This document shows positions 42,534-53,275 of a DNA stretch of 64,000 nucleotides, piece by piece (the first letter of the stretch is position 1; each line of letters opens with the position of its first letter). The notes below the pieces were generated by a model. It ran no database searches, was not told the origin of the DNA, and saw only the letters and a list, made by a program, of their open reading frames with translations. Source of the stretch: Candidatus Marinacidobacterales bacterium (lineage in GTDB: Bacteria > Acidobacteriota > Vicinamibacteria > Marinacidobacterales > SMYC01); the NCBI GenBank assembly GCA_965237955.1, contig OZ250169.1, positions 5,312,001 to 5,376,000 on the forward strand, written 5' to 3'. Position numbers and translations under genes: made by a program.

Positions 42534-45500
42534 ATGAAAAATCATTTGATTCTGTTCTCTGTTGCCATTTTCCTGGTGGTGGCGTGCTCCGATACGAAGA
42601 CGAATAAGGATAGCGCTGTATCGGTGAATGATGATGCCGGTCCCGAATCGGATGAGCGCCCGGACTATACCTCCAGGGTGCCGAAGTTTACCTTTGCTTC
42701 CACCCTGGAAGAGCAGGAAGAACAACTCAAAACGAATCCACTGATCTTACGGTTCAAAGAGTCGCGGGCGAAATTGGCTGCTGATCCCCATGTGCCTCTC
42801 TATCATTTTGTCAGTCCCGAGAAGGGCCTCAACGATCCGAATGGACTGAGCTATTGGCAAGGTCGCTGGCATATGTTTTATCAGGGCTATCCGCCTGAAG
42901 ACCCGCGTCAGCATTGGGGCCATGCGGTAAGTGATGACCTGATCCACTGGCGGGATCTGCCCTACGCCATCTATCCCAATCCGGAGGACAGATGCTATTC
43001 AGGCTCTACCCTGGTTGAAGAAGACCGGGTGATCGCCATGTATCACGGCACCAAATTGGGCAACATGGTTGCTGTCTCCAGCGACCCCTTGTTACTCAAC
43101 TGGGAGAAGGTGACCGATGGGGCGGTGATTTCCAGAGGATGTCAAGGAATTAGTTGAAACCATCATAAGCGACTCGTGGTCATTTCCAGCTCTACGCCCC
43201 TGACCTTACGCGGCCTCAGGCATCTCGTCCTCTCGTTGGATCGCATCGATGGCCGCAACCACTACGTCGATGGATGCGTGCCCCTTGACTCGTCTGAACT
43301 GTTGTTCGCAGTGCAGCAGCACAGCGGCGAGCCATCGCTGGCGCATTTTGCTGTTACGGTAGCGTTTGATGTTGCGCTCGCAACTACGAACCATGGAGAA
43401 CATACTCTCTATAGGATTCGTCGAGTGCAGGCTCTGGCGCAGTAGAGCGGGGACCTTCAACTTGTGGAGCATCAGCACCTCCTCGAGTGCCTCGAGGAGT
43501 GAGTCTGCCGCCGACTCGTTGATGTCGCGAAGCCAGCGCTCGAACTCCTGCAACATCTTCTTCGCGTCCTTGTAGCTGTTCTGCTCCAAGGCAGTCGCGA
43601 AGAGGTGGTGTACCTGCTTGCGGTAGCGTTTGGGCAGGTGGCGCTGGATGTTGCGGTCTTTGTGCAAAGTACACCGCTGGTGGATGAGCTTCTTGCCGTA
43701 TCGGTCTTTGAGCGCCTTGATGATCCCCCCGCCACCATCGGTTACCCAGAGGATCCGTTTGGAGAGCTTTAACCCCCGTCGCTCCAACTCTTCCAGCAAT
43801 TCCTCGCAGATCTCGTGGTTCTCCGTCGCCCCTTCCCAGAAGCCCAGGGGGAGCTTTTTCCCTTCACGGTCCACGCCGAGCGCGACCACGAACGCCTGAC
43901 CGCCGCGGTGGACCGTGTCTAGGTACATCGCGAAGAGCGGAAACTCTTCGAGACTGCGCTCCTGGAACTGCTTCAGCTGCTTCGCCGTCGCCTCGACCAG
44001 ATGGCGGGACACCGAGCTCGGCGTCACACCGAAAGCCTTGCCTGCCGCCGTCACCGTCTCTTCGTACTTGCGAGCAGACATTCCCCGAAGCACCTCCGAC
44101 AGGAGTTCCTCCGAAAAGCCCCCGCGATTCTTGAGCTGCTCGTAGGTTCTCAGCCCGACCTCACCCTCCGGGCCCCGCAATCGAGGGTGCTCGACAGGGA
44201 GCTTCTGGTCACCGACATAGATCGACCCACGTTGACTCGCCCATTTGCGAAGCCCGGACGACGTAGGATGGTAGTCTGGCCCAGATCTCTCTTCGCGCTC
44301 CATGTACATGAGCGTCTCAGCTACCAGGCGTCCGACATCGAGCATCACGGCGTCCAGCGCTCGCTTGCCCTCCAGCATCACATGCACAACTTGATCCGCC
44401 CACCACTCTTGCTCCTGCGTCGCCCTCAGCATCTGTGTTGCATTCTTTCTCTTCTTCGTATCTGCTCTCACCGGGTGGCTCCTTTCTTTTTGATCGCCAG
44501 CTTTGACACCGACGATCTTGAAGGGAGTCACTCACCGATTTCAACTAGATTCAGGATATCCTCGATTTCCAAGTATCCGGGTGAAGACGGAAAACCCCTT
44601 CCCTACGGGGTATACGATCCCAATATCTGGAAAAAAATGGGGTCTATTACTCTCTTTCGGCTGGTCAGCTGCCAAGAGGGCCCGGGGGTAAGTCTACTCG
44701 CGCCAACTGGCTGTTTCGTTCCAAAGACCTGGCCCATTGGGAATATCTTCATCCTTTTATCGAGAACGATCAGTATTCGCTGGTAGGGGATGATGGCGCC
44801 TGTCCTTATTTCTGGCCCCTTTGGGACAAGCACATATACCTGCAATTCAGCCACATGAGCGGGGGGAAATACCTGATCGGTGACTATGAAAAGCAGCGGG
44901 ACAAGTTTGTGGTCACTGCCGGTGGAGACTTCAATTTCGGGCCTTACAGTCCTTCTGGCGTACATGCACCATCTGCCACGCCTGAACCTGCTGAGCACGG
45001 CGGCGCCGGCCCTTCGGGTGCCGTTGACGGCGCTGTTATCGCGATCTTTAACATGAATCCCGGCAAACCTACGGAGGGCTGGAATCAGATCATGACCCTG
45101 CCGCGGCGCCTGACCTTGCTACCGCAAGGAAGCCTGGACAACCTCGGCATCGAGCTGGTAGGGGATATTGGCTCCTTGCGATACGGTCACAAAAACCTGG
45201 GGCCCATGACCCTGCCGGCCAACCAAGAATTGGTACTCGATGGCATCCGCGGAAAAGCCATGGAGATCATTTTGGAAGTCGACACGAAGGAGTCACCGAT
45301 GGTTGAATTGGACGTCTTCCGATCTCCGAATCGGGAAGAAGTGACCCGCATCCTGTTTTATAGGAACAATGGCTACCGGCACAATGAACTAAAATATGGA
45401 GCGGATGGTCGCGGAAAGCGCAATAGCTTGATCTCGATTGAATCTTCCGCCTCGTCTGTTCTCCCCGATGTTCAGTTGAGAGCCGCAGAGACCGCTAATG

Positions 45501-45706
45501 TCTTCATCGATGAAGGAGAGACCTTGAAACTGCATGTGTTCATCGACAAGAGTGTGGTTGAAGTGTTTGTCAACGGCAGACAAAGTGTGGCGCAAAGGGT
45601 ATATCCAGGTCGCACCGAAAGCGATGGCGTATCGCTGCGCGCCCAGGGAACTGACGCAAGGTTAATATCGTTGGACGCCTGGCAGATGAAGAGTATCTAT
45701 GAATAG
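42534..45706 (+). pseudogene. GH32 family lipoprotein interrupted by IS256 (plus frameshift at A7, ~44631)
   Basis: Lipobox VVAC, LNDPNG, HWGHAVS, CYSGS, C-terminal FIDKSVVEVF; frame rejoins as GAVIS|KYPG. Confidence 0.88.
43135..44563 (-). mobile_element. IS256-family element, transposase ending at 43206
   Basis: IRs GAGGATGTC..TAGTTGAAA / TTTCAACTAG..GATATCCTC; 8-bp target duplication GATTTCCA; YLD, VTDGG, QRCTLHK, STNPIES. Confidence 0.93.
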
Positions 45707-45717
45707 GTTGGGAGTTA

Positions 45718-47329
45718 GTCCCCTGTATCAGAAGTACGTCACCAAATTCTAGGGGGAGGTGCCCCCACCATAGTTGAAGGTTCGAGGTGGTGGCGGCTCC
45801 TGACACATGGTTTACCCGACTTTGGCGTGCTTGTCGAGCGCTTGATTCTCAGTGACCTCCGCTAACTTCGCTTCGAGGATCGGTAGCGATTGGTATCCAA
45901 TGATACGACGGAAATTTTTCTCCGTGGCGAGCAGAGCCGAAGCGGCCCATCTCAGAACCATCTTGCCATTGCGCCAGCGGGTGACGCGACGGGTACGACC
46001 TCGCGCACCGCTGAAGCACGACTCGATGATGTTCGTCGATCCAAGGCAGCGTTTCAGAGATGCGGGGAGGTCGAGCTCGTTGATGGTGAACATCTCGTCG
46101 AGCCCCTCCCGGATGCTCTCCGCCGCCGAGGGGTAGTCGTCCTCGAGCCACTTCGCCTGTTGCTCCAACCGCGCTTTGCCCTTCTTTGCTGGGAGCTGCC
46201 AGGCCGAACGCAGGCTCGCTTGCACTTGCGGCTTCAGCTCCTGCGGCAGATAACCGAGCACATTGCGCTCCTTGTGCTTCCTGCAACGCTGGACCTTGTT
46301 GTGGGTACCGAACACAGCGTCGACGGCGACCCGTAGCGCCTTGGAGCCATCGATCACGAACAGCCGACACCGCTCTGGGCTCAGGCCTCGTTCGACCAGG
46401 TCCTCCAGCAGCGCCTTGCACACTATCTGGTTCTCCGATGCTCCATCCCGAAGCCCCAGAACATGCTTGTATCCCTCTGTATCTACGCCGATTGCCGCCA
46501 GCGCGTGGTGCACGCCGAAGCGAATCCCGTCCAGGTACACGACCGCGATCTCCAGCTCGTCCAGCGGATGCTCCATCAGCCCCTGCAACTGCTCCGCGCT
46601 TGCTTCCACGAACTCACGGCTCACCTCGCTCTTGCTAACCCCTACCGTCTCCGCCATCTCGGGAAGAACCGACGCGTACTTGCGCGTCGACACACCCAGC
46701 ATCAGGATTTCCCAGATGCGTTGGCTCAGCCGAGACGAGTTGTTCACCGCTTCGTAGGCAGGAATCGCAACCTCCCCTCCCTCTGCCTTTCCCTTACGCC
46801 GCAGACGTGGCCGGCTCACTCTCAACTTCCGCTCCGCAAGGCTTACTACGCCACCCTGCCGGCCGTGCCAGCGAACATCGCTACCCTTCTTCCCCGGGTG
46901 TTTCTCCCCAGCCACACTTTGGGCTGACAGATCCAAGACCGCTTCGATCGTCGCTCGGCCAGCAACGTCGATCACTTTGTCGATCGCTATCTCGGTTCGC
47001 TCAATCGCATCCAAGAACGGCAACAGAGCTTGCCCCTTCGAGCTCAGTATCTCTCGAAGCTTCTTCCTGTTCTTCGCATCGATGATTTGGTAATTTGACA
47101 TCGTGGTGGCTCCTTTCTTTTTCCTTCACAGCCGGATTCTATCGAACCCGGCCTTAGGAGCCGCCACTCCTAACCTTCAACTATCTCAGGGGCATCTCCT
47201 TCTAGGGCGCTTTTGTGCGCTGGACGTCGTTGCAACTCCTGGGAATATCTAGAGATGACTTCGTCGTTGCGCCTCGCAGCGCGTAAAATCACCTCGAGCC
47301 TTTGGCCACGAACCTCTGATACAGGGGAC
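45718..47329. mobile_element. IS630-type MITE-B (~159 bp without the nested IS256)
   Basis: Perfect 15-bp IR GTCCCCTGTATCAGA/TCTGATACAGGGGAC, TA duplication 45716-17/47330-31. Confidence 0.85.
45755..47199 (-). mobile_element. IS256-family element, transposase 45812..47101
   Basis: IRs GGAGGTGCCCC..ATAGTTGAAGG / CCTTCAACTAT..GGGGCATCTCC; 8-bp duplication TTCTAGGG; YLDG, VIDGSKAL, QRCRKHK, STNIIES. Confidence 0.94.
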
Positions 47330-50300
47330 TAGTTCAACAAGGGAATGACAATGCTCTTTATGTCTTGAGAAGCGAAAGAGTAGGTGCCGGAGCCAACTTC
47401 ATAGACGGCGGCATTGTCTTCCATGCGGAGGAACGTGACGCCTGGCGCCTGATTTGCTTCTTTGCTGCTTTCGGTGACGCTGTCAGCGCTCACGGCGGGA
47501 ACATAAACGGTGGCGATGGTGTTAGCGGGAATAGTTACGTTGAGTTTCAGGTTACCGTCCGTGAGTTCCCAATGGGTAGCGATCGTGCCATGGATGGATT
47601 TATAGCTGGCTTTGACATGTGTCAAGTCACCACCGGGACGCGGGCGGATGATGATTTTCTTGAAACCAGGCCCGTCGGTATCGATTCCGGCGACGGTGGA
47701 AAACATCCATTGACCTACTGAGCCGAAGGGATAATGGTTAAGCGAAAATCCCATACCAGTTAAGTTCTCGTCGGAGCTCTGCCAGCCGGCCCAGCGTTCC
47801 CACATGGTAGTGGCGCCTTGTTTAACCAAGTATCCCCAGGACGGATAAGTTTCATTGGTCAACAGATGGTAAGCGATATCGAGCCTGCCGATTTCTTCCA
47901 GAGTGGGCAGTAGAATGTTCACCCCCAAGAAACCGGTGGAGAGATGCCAATTTCGTTCTTTGATGCGACCGGCCAGATGTCGGGCCGCGGCACGTTGCTT
48001 ATCTTTGGGGAGCAAATCAAAGCAAAGAGCCTGCAGATAAGCGGTTTGCGTGTCACCTTTGATCTTTCCGTCATCGGCGACGTAGGCTCTATTAAAAGCG
48101 GCTTTGATGTTCTCAAACAATTCCTGGTATTTTTGGGCGTCATCGTTTTTGCCCAGCGCTTGGGCTATCTTGGCCATGAGGCTCGTACTGTAGCCAAAAT
48201 AGGCGGTCGCTATCACGTCGGAGGGTGTCAGTGACTGGACATTGAGGTGGTCGTGAAACCCTCCCTCAGGCCGTACTAGATTGTTGCTGTTTTCACGGCA
48301 GTATTCGATCCAGGCGCCCATCTTGTCGTAGTGTTTTTCCAGAATGCGGGCGTCGCCATACATCTGATAAATAGTCCACGGGCAGGTTATGCCGGCGTCA
48401 GCCCAGCCGGGAGAACCGTGACCGCGCGAGACCGGCGCGAAATGGGAGTACGCTCCCTCTGGCGATTGGCAATCATTAACGGCGTTCAACCAGCTCGTGA
48501 AGAACGCCGCGACGTCCATATTATAGGTTGCGGTGCGAATGAAAACCTGGGCATCGCCGGTCCAGCCATACCGCTCATCGCGCGTCGGGCAGTCGGTGGG
48601 TACTTCCAGATAGTTGCCACGCTGACTCCAGACGATGTTTCGGTGTAGTTGATTGAGCATGGTGTTGGAGCACTCGAACGAGCCGGTAATGGGAGCATCC
48701 GAATGCAGCACGACGCCGGTAACGGCATCGAGTGAAGGCGTGCCCGGAAAGCCGGTTACTTCCACGTACTGAAAGCCGTGGAAGGTGAAGCGCGGTTCCC
48801 ATGTTTCCACATCCTTGCCCTTGAGAATATACGTGTCGGTGCTCTTGGCATAGCCCATGTTGACGGTATGGATAGTGCCATCGGGGTTGAGCATCTCAGT
48901 GAGGCGCAGCACCACCTTGTCGCCGGGGTTTCCTTTGACCTTGAGCCGGGCCCAGCCGACCATGTTCTGGCCCATATCAAACACATACACACCCGGTTTG
49001 GGTTCGGTGATTTTTACCGGTTTGATTTCCATGATTTTTCGCACCGGTTCACCGGGATGGGCCTGGAGTCTAGCGGCTGGCTCCCGCCCGGCCAGGGCAG
49101 GTTTCCAGAAACTGTCGTCGAAGCGGGGCTGATCCCGCCTGGCCAGGACAGGTTTCCAGAAACTGTCGTCGAAGTCGGGTTGGTTCCATCCCGGTATTTC
49201 CTTGCGGGAATCGTAGGTCTCGCCGTGGAACATGTGTGAAGTACGGATGGGCCCGTCGTACGTCGATTTCCATGACTCATCACTAGTGATAATCTCTGTG
49301 GAACCGTCAGCGTATTCCAGGCACAGTTGTCCGCGCAGGTATGGTATGGCAAGGTTGTGGCGAAGTATGGCCCAGCCGGCGCCCAGGACAACTCCCATGG
49401 CATTACTGCCATTGGCTTGCAGCAGATCAGTCACCTCATAGGTCTGGTAGTAAATTCGCTTGGCGTATTCGGGCCAGCCGGGCGCAAAGTAGTCACGGCT
49501 GACACGCTGGCCGTTGATATATAGTTCGTAGAGGCCCAGGGCAGTGATATAGACCGTCGCCCGACGCACGGGTTTTTTCACAGTGAAGTTCTTGCGCAAC
49601 TGCGCCACTGAAAAAGACTCCGACTCCGATCCAATGAATGCTACTTTGCCCCACGGTTTTCTGTCGCCGTAGTTAGCAACGGCTTTGGGTTTGACCCAGT
49701 CAGCGGCGTCAAAATCGACCTGGGTCCACCCCGCGACCGTTTTGTCGCTACAGAGCCACTGATCCCAGGGTAATAGTTTCGGTTGGCTAGTATCGGTTCG
49801 ATATACGTGGATGCCGCAGGCAACTCCGTTGATGCCGTTGGTGCCGTATAGACTGCCGGCGGCGATGGCGATTACATTCTTTCCGTGGTTTAACTCTTCG
49901 TTCATCTTGAGTTCGTAGAGTTGGTATCGCCACCACTGTGTTGCTGATTCAATTTTGTTTCCATTGGCGTACAAAGTGTAATGACCTATCCCCACTGTTA
50001 TTTGAATGATAATGCGCGTGACTGATTCGTCCAGCTCAAGCTCTCTGCGGAAGCAAATTTCGGTTCGTTCGTCTTTTCCTCCGCTGGGAGGTGAGATCCA
50101 TTTTTCCAGTCTAGCTTCCGGAATCGGTTCTTTGATCGGATAAGGGCTGATCCATTGCGCTTTCCAATCGCCGGCGTTCAGAAGTCCCATGGACCACCGG
50201 GCCGGCTTGCTCCAGGGCGAGGGCTTGTCGTTTTTGTCCCACAGACGCACTTTCCAGTAACAAAGCATCTGCGAGGAAAGTTTGGTGCCTGCGTAGACTA

Positions 50301-50700
50301 CGTGAATTGACTGATCCGAAGCGACCTTGCCGCTGTCCCAAAGATCACCCTGGTTTCGTTTGAGCTTGTTTTCGTCGCTGGCTACCAGAATCTGGTAGGC
50401 GCTTTGGCTCTGTGCGCGCTGATCGGATTCAACCAGCCAATAGAGTCGCGGCTTAGCTACATCGACACCCAGCGGATCGACACGGTATTCACACCGCAGA
50501 TCGGTTATGCGGATCGAATTAGAAACACCAGCCTGCAACTCGCCCCGAGGCCCTTCTTGGCCCAAGACGTCCTGGGATTCTCCCACGCAGAAAAGGATGG
50601 TAATGCCTCCTCCCGTGAGCTTCAGGAGCTTTCGTCTGCTGAGAGGAAGGACGGTGTCGTCGTCGTCGAAATCCAGGACGAGATAATCCTCTCTTCTCAT
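47329..50700 (-). CDS. GH78 alpha-L-rhamnosidase-like protein with twin-arginine leader
   Basis: DLRCEY..PLGVD, TALGLYE, DMGQNMVGW, PTDCPTRDERYGWTGD, GATTMWERW, SLNHY. Confidence 0.9.
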   Translation of the reverse strand: MRREDYLVLDFDDDDTVLPLSRRKLLKLTGGGITILFCVGESQDVLGQEGPRGELQAGVSNSIRITDLRCEYRVDPLGVDVAKPRLYWLVESDQRAQSQSAYQILVASDENKLKRNQGDLWDSGKVASDQSIHVVYAGTKLSSQMLCYWKVRLWDKNDKPSPWSKPARWSMGLLNAGDWKAQWISPYPIKEPIPEARLEKWISPPSGGKDERTEICFRRELELDESVTRIIIQITVGIGHYTLYANGNKIESATQWWRYQLYELKMNEELNHGKNVIAIAAGSLYGTNGINGVACGIHVYRTDTSQPKLLPWDQWLCSDKTVAGWTQVDFDAADWVKPKAVANYGDRKPWGKVAFIGSESESFSVAQLRKNFTVKKPVRRATVYITALGLYELYINGQRVSRDYFAPGWPEYAKRIYYQTYEVTDLLQANGSNAMGVVLGAGWAILRHNLAIPYLRGQLCLEYADGSTEIITSDESWKSTYDGPIRTSHMFHGETYDSRKEIPGWNQPDFDDSFWKPVLARRDQPRFDDSFWKPALAGREPAARLQAHPGEPVRKIMEIKPVKITEPKPGVYVFDMGQNMVGWARLKVKGNPGDKVVLRLTEMLNPDGTIHTVNMGYAKSTDTYILKGKDVETWEPRFTFHGFQYVEVTGFPGTPSLDAVTGVVLHSDAPITGSFECSNTMLNQLHRNIVWSQRGNYLEVPTDCPTRDERYGWTGDAQVFIRTATYNMDVAAFFTSWLNAVNDCQSPEGAYSHFAPVSRGHGSPGWADAGITCPWTIYQMYGDARILEKHYDKMGAWIEYCRENSNNLVRPEGGFHDHLNVQSLTPSDVIATAYFGYSTSLMAKIAQALGKNDDAQKYQELFENIKAAFNRAYVADDGKIKGDTQTAYLQALCFDLLPKDKQRAAARHLAGRIKERNWHLSTGFLGVNILLPTLEEIGRLDIAYHLLTNETYPSWGYLVKQGATTMWERWAGWQSSDENLTGMGFSLNHYPFGSVGQWMFSTVAGIDTDGPGFKKIIIRPRPGGDLTHVKASYKSIHGTIATHWELTDGNLKLNVTIPANTIATVYVPAVSADSVTESSKEANQAPGVTFLRMEDNAAVYEVGSGTYSFASQDIKSIVIPLLN
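49082..49183. repeat. 51-bp imperfect tandem duplication inside GH78
   Basis: Encodes QPDFDDSFWKPVLARRD / QPRFDDSFWKPALAGRE. Confidence 0.85.
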
Positions 50701-50968
50701 TGCTGGGTTCCTCTCTTCGTTTCCAATGCTGCGGTTTGAACGGCCTGGACAATACGGTTGTGAGCTCCGCAGCGACACAAGTTGACTTCCATAGCATCGC
50801 TACAGAGCTGACGATCGAGTAAGAGTACTGTCCGCACCTTTGTATTCTTGAACCACCTGCCCAGCTGGGCTTTCACGCTGTCTCCAACTATTCGCTCATC
50901 CATGCCAAGGACATCCCGGGGATTCCTATCACAGCCCCCCTAACAGGTCCATCGACAGAACGTCCCGC

Positions 50969-51532
50969 CTACTCGAGACAGCCCATCGCGGAGCTTCCGG
51001 CTCTGGACATCATGAAGGCGGACATCCACGTGCTCGAAGCCGACGCGGGCGGACTCCAGGAGGGCCGTCCGGCAGAGCTTACCGTAGAGGCGGCACCCCA
51101 GCGTTCTTTCAGTGCGACCATCCGATACGTCGATCAGATGCCGAAGCCCAAGATCCGCGGCGTTCCGGTGCAATACTTCTCGGTGACGCTCGGCCTGGAA
51201 GAAACCGATCCCGAGATCATGAAGCCGGGGCAACGGGTGCGCGCCACGCTTGTCCTCGTCGAGCTCGACGCCGCGATCGTCGTCCCGCGTCAGGTCGTCT
51301 TTGAAAAGGAAGGTAAGAAGTTCATCTATCGGGTCGTCTATCGGCAGGGCGGGTCCGGCTTCGAGGAAGTCGAGGTGAGACTCGGGCCGTCTTCTTTGGG
51401 GCGGGTCGTCCTCGAGGACGGTATTTCCGAAGGCGACGCAATTGCGCTTCGCGATCTCAAGGTTCGCCAGGATCTTTTCGGGTACGACGCGACTCTCGGT
51501 CAGACGCTGAAAGTCAACGATGTGTGGTTGGA
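50969..51532 (+). pseudogene. Diverged partial copy of adaptor-3 (26966-27453) joined to a permease piece (28003-28077)
   Basis: About 30 substitutions in 488 bp by hand count; junction at 51456/51458. Confidence 0.9.
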
Positions 51533-51646
51533 AAGCGACCGTCGAACCGATCGGGCGCGGTGAAGCCTCCCGCGACCAGGCCGCCGCGACCCGGATGAAG
51601 TGCTTTGTAAGCGATGTACAGCAAGAACGGTCCATGTATCCACCTC

Positions 51647-52186
51647 CTACGGGTCCGGCTGAACCACACCGATATAAGGAAGCGTTCGATACCGGTCGGT
51701 ATAGTCCAGGCCATACCCGACCACCCATTTGTCCGGGATGGTGAAGCCCAAGTAGTCGATCGAAACCGGTACTTCGAGGCGGTCGGGTTTCTGTAGCAGC
51801 ACACACGTCTTGAGTGATGCCGGCTCGCGCGCGGCGAGGGTTCTTAGCAAATATTCGAGAGTCTTGCCCGAATCGACGATGTCCTCGACCACGAGCACGT
51901 GTTTACCACGAAGAGGTGCGCGGACATCGAGGACGAGGCGTACCGCTCCACTCGTCGCCGACGCGTCTTCGTAGCTCGAAAGCGCGATGAAGTCGACACG
52001 CCGGGGAATGGTGAGCCGACGTGACAAATCCGCGAGGAAAATGAACGCGCCTCGCAGGACGCCGAGCAAGTACACGTCCTCGACGCCTTCGGCTTTGTAG
52101 TCGGCGGATATCTGCGTCGCCAGCTCGGTGACCCGATCGTGGAGCGCCTCTTCGCTCAGGAGAACTTCGAGCTCAGGGGTTGGCAT
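51647..52186 (-). CDS. hpt: Hypoxanthine phosphoribosyltransferase
   Basis: GVLRGAFIFLADL, VLVVEDIVDSGKTL, WVVGYGLDY..RTLPYIG. Confidence 0.95.
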   Translation of the reverse strand: MPTPELEVLLSEEALHDRVTELATQISADYKAEGVEDVYLLGVLRGAFIFLADLSRRLTIPRRVDFIALSSYEDASATSGAVRLVLDVRAPLRGKHVLVVEDIVDSGKTLEYLLRTLAAREPASLKTCVLLQKPDRLEVPVSIDYLGFTIPDKWVVGYGLDYTDRYRTLPYIGVVQPDP

Positions 52187-53275
52187 TGGTCCTTCTCGTT
52201 ACCGGAAGCGGTCGTGCCTTGAATTTGTCGTAGAGCTTGGTGTGGCGCGAGCTCACGTCGACGCGTCGGCCGCGGATCAGGACGTGTCGTACTTGTGTGG
52301 GCACGTCCAGGAGGTCGCCGTCGGAGACAACGACGTTCGCCACTTTTCCGACCTCGAGGCTGCCGTAGTCGTCGCCGACGCCCAGAATATCGGCAGCGCC
52401 TTTCGTCATCGCGTGCCACGCTCGCTCGCGCGGTAGGCCGAACGCGACCGCCATCCCCGCGGTGTAGGGAAGGTTTCGCGCGTTGGTCGCACCGCCGGTA
52501 CGGAAGCAGGAGGCAACACCAGCGTCTTGCAGTAGGCTCGCGGCTGTGAACACCGCATCATACGGATCTCCCGGCGCCGGCCGGCTTTCGAGCGGGCCGA
52601 GAATGACCGGGACACCCGCCGCGGTGATCGCATCGACCGTTCTCCACACGTCGCGCGTTCCGACGAGAATCGCATCGAGGCCGAATTCGTCGGCGAAATC
52701 GAGCGCGGAACGAATCCCATCCTCGCTGTCCGCTTGGAGGAGGACTGGAAGCTCACCCCGAACAACAGGGACGAGTGCACTAAGCTCGTCATCGTCGTCG
52801 TTTTCAGACGGCTGGTTGTGACCGTTCGCGATAGCGCCGGCGTACGCTTGGGCGCGTCGCATCCAATCGTGCAGTGTCTTCCGATCGGTCTCGACACGCT
52901 CTCTTGCCTCCTTCGCCTCCTTGTCAGGCAAGAGCTCGAGGATTTCCGGGAAGTCGATCACCATCGCCACCGGACTTTTGGCAACGACCTCGGGAGCGGT
53001 CCACCCTGTCATGTCGATGAGCGCGGCTTGACCCGAGATGAGTCCGCCGGCGGGAGCGGTGATCGCCGTGGTCACGCCGTTGGCGCGGGTGACCGGCAGC
53101 ATTTCGGAGTGAGGATGAACCGCGACCGCCGCTTTGACGCTCGCGTTGACTTCCTGAAGCTCGCGCACGTCTTGCGTTGCGGAGACGGCGCCAATCTCGG
53201 AGATTCCGAGTGTCGTTCCCGCATTGATGATGCCTGGAGTCACCACTAGGCCTCGGGCGTCAATGACCTCGGCAG
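52173..53275 (-). CDS. Amidohydrolase-family domain (degenerate metal site); likely C-terminal part of the upstream gene
   Basis: IDARGLVVTPGIINAG, RANGVTTA, GSLEVGKVANVVV; its N-terminal beta-strands lie in the upstream frame. Confidence 0.8.

Noticed and set aside
50939-50965. CCTAACAGGTCCATCGACAGAACG as an integron attC left arm
   Set aside because: No complementary right arm ending in GTTRRRY, no cassette array and no integron integrase
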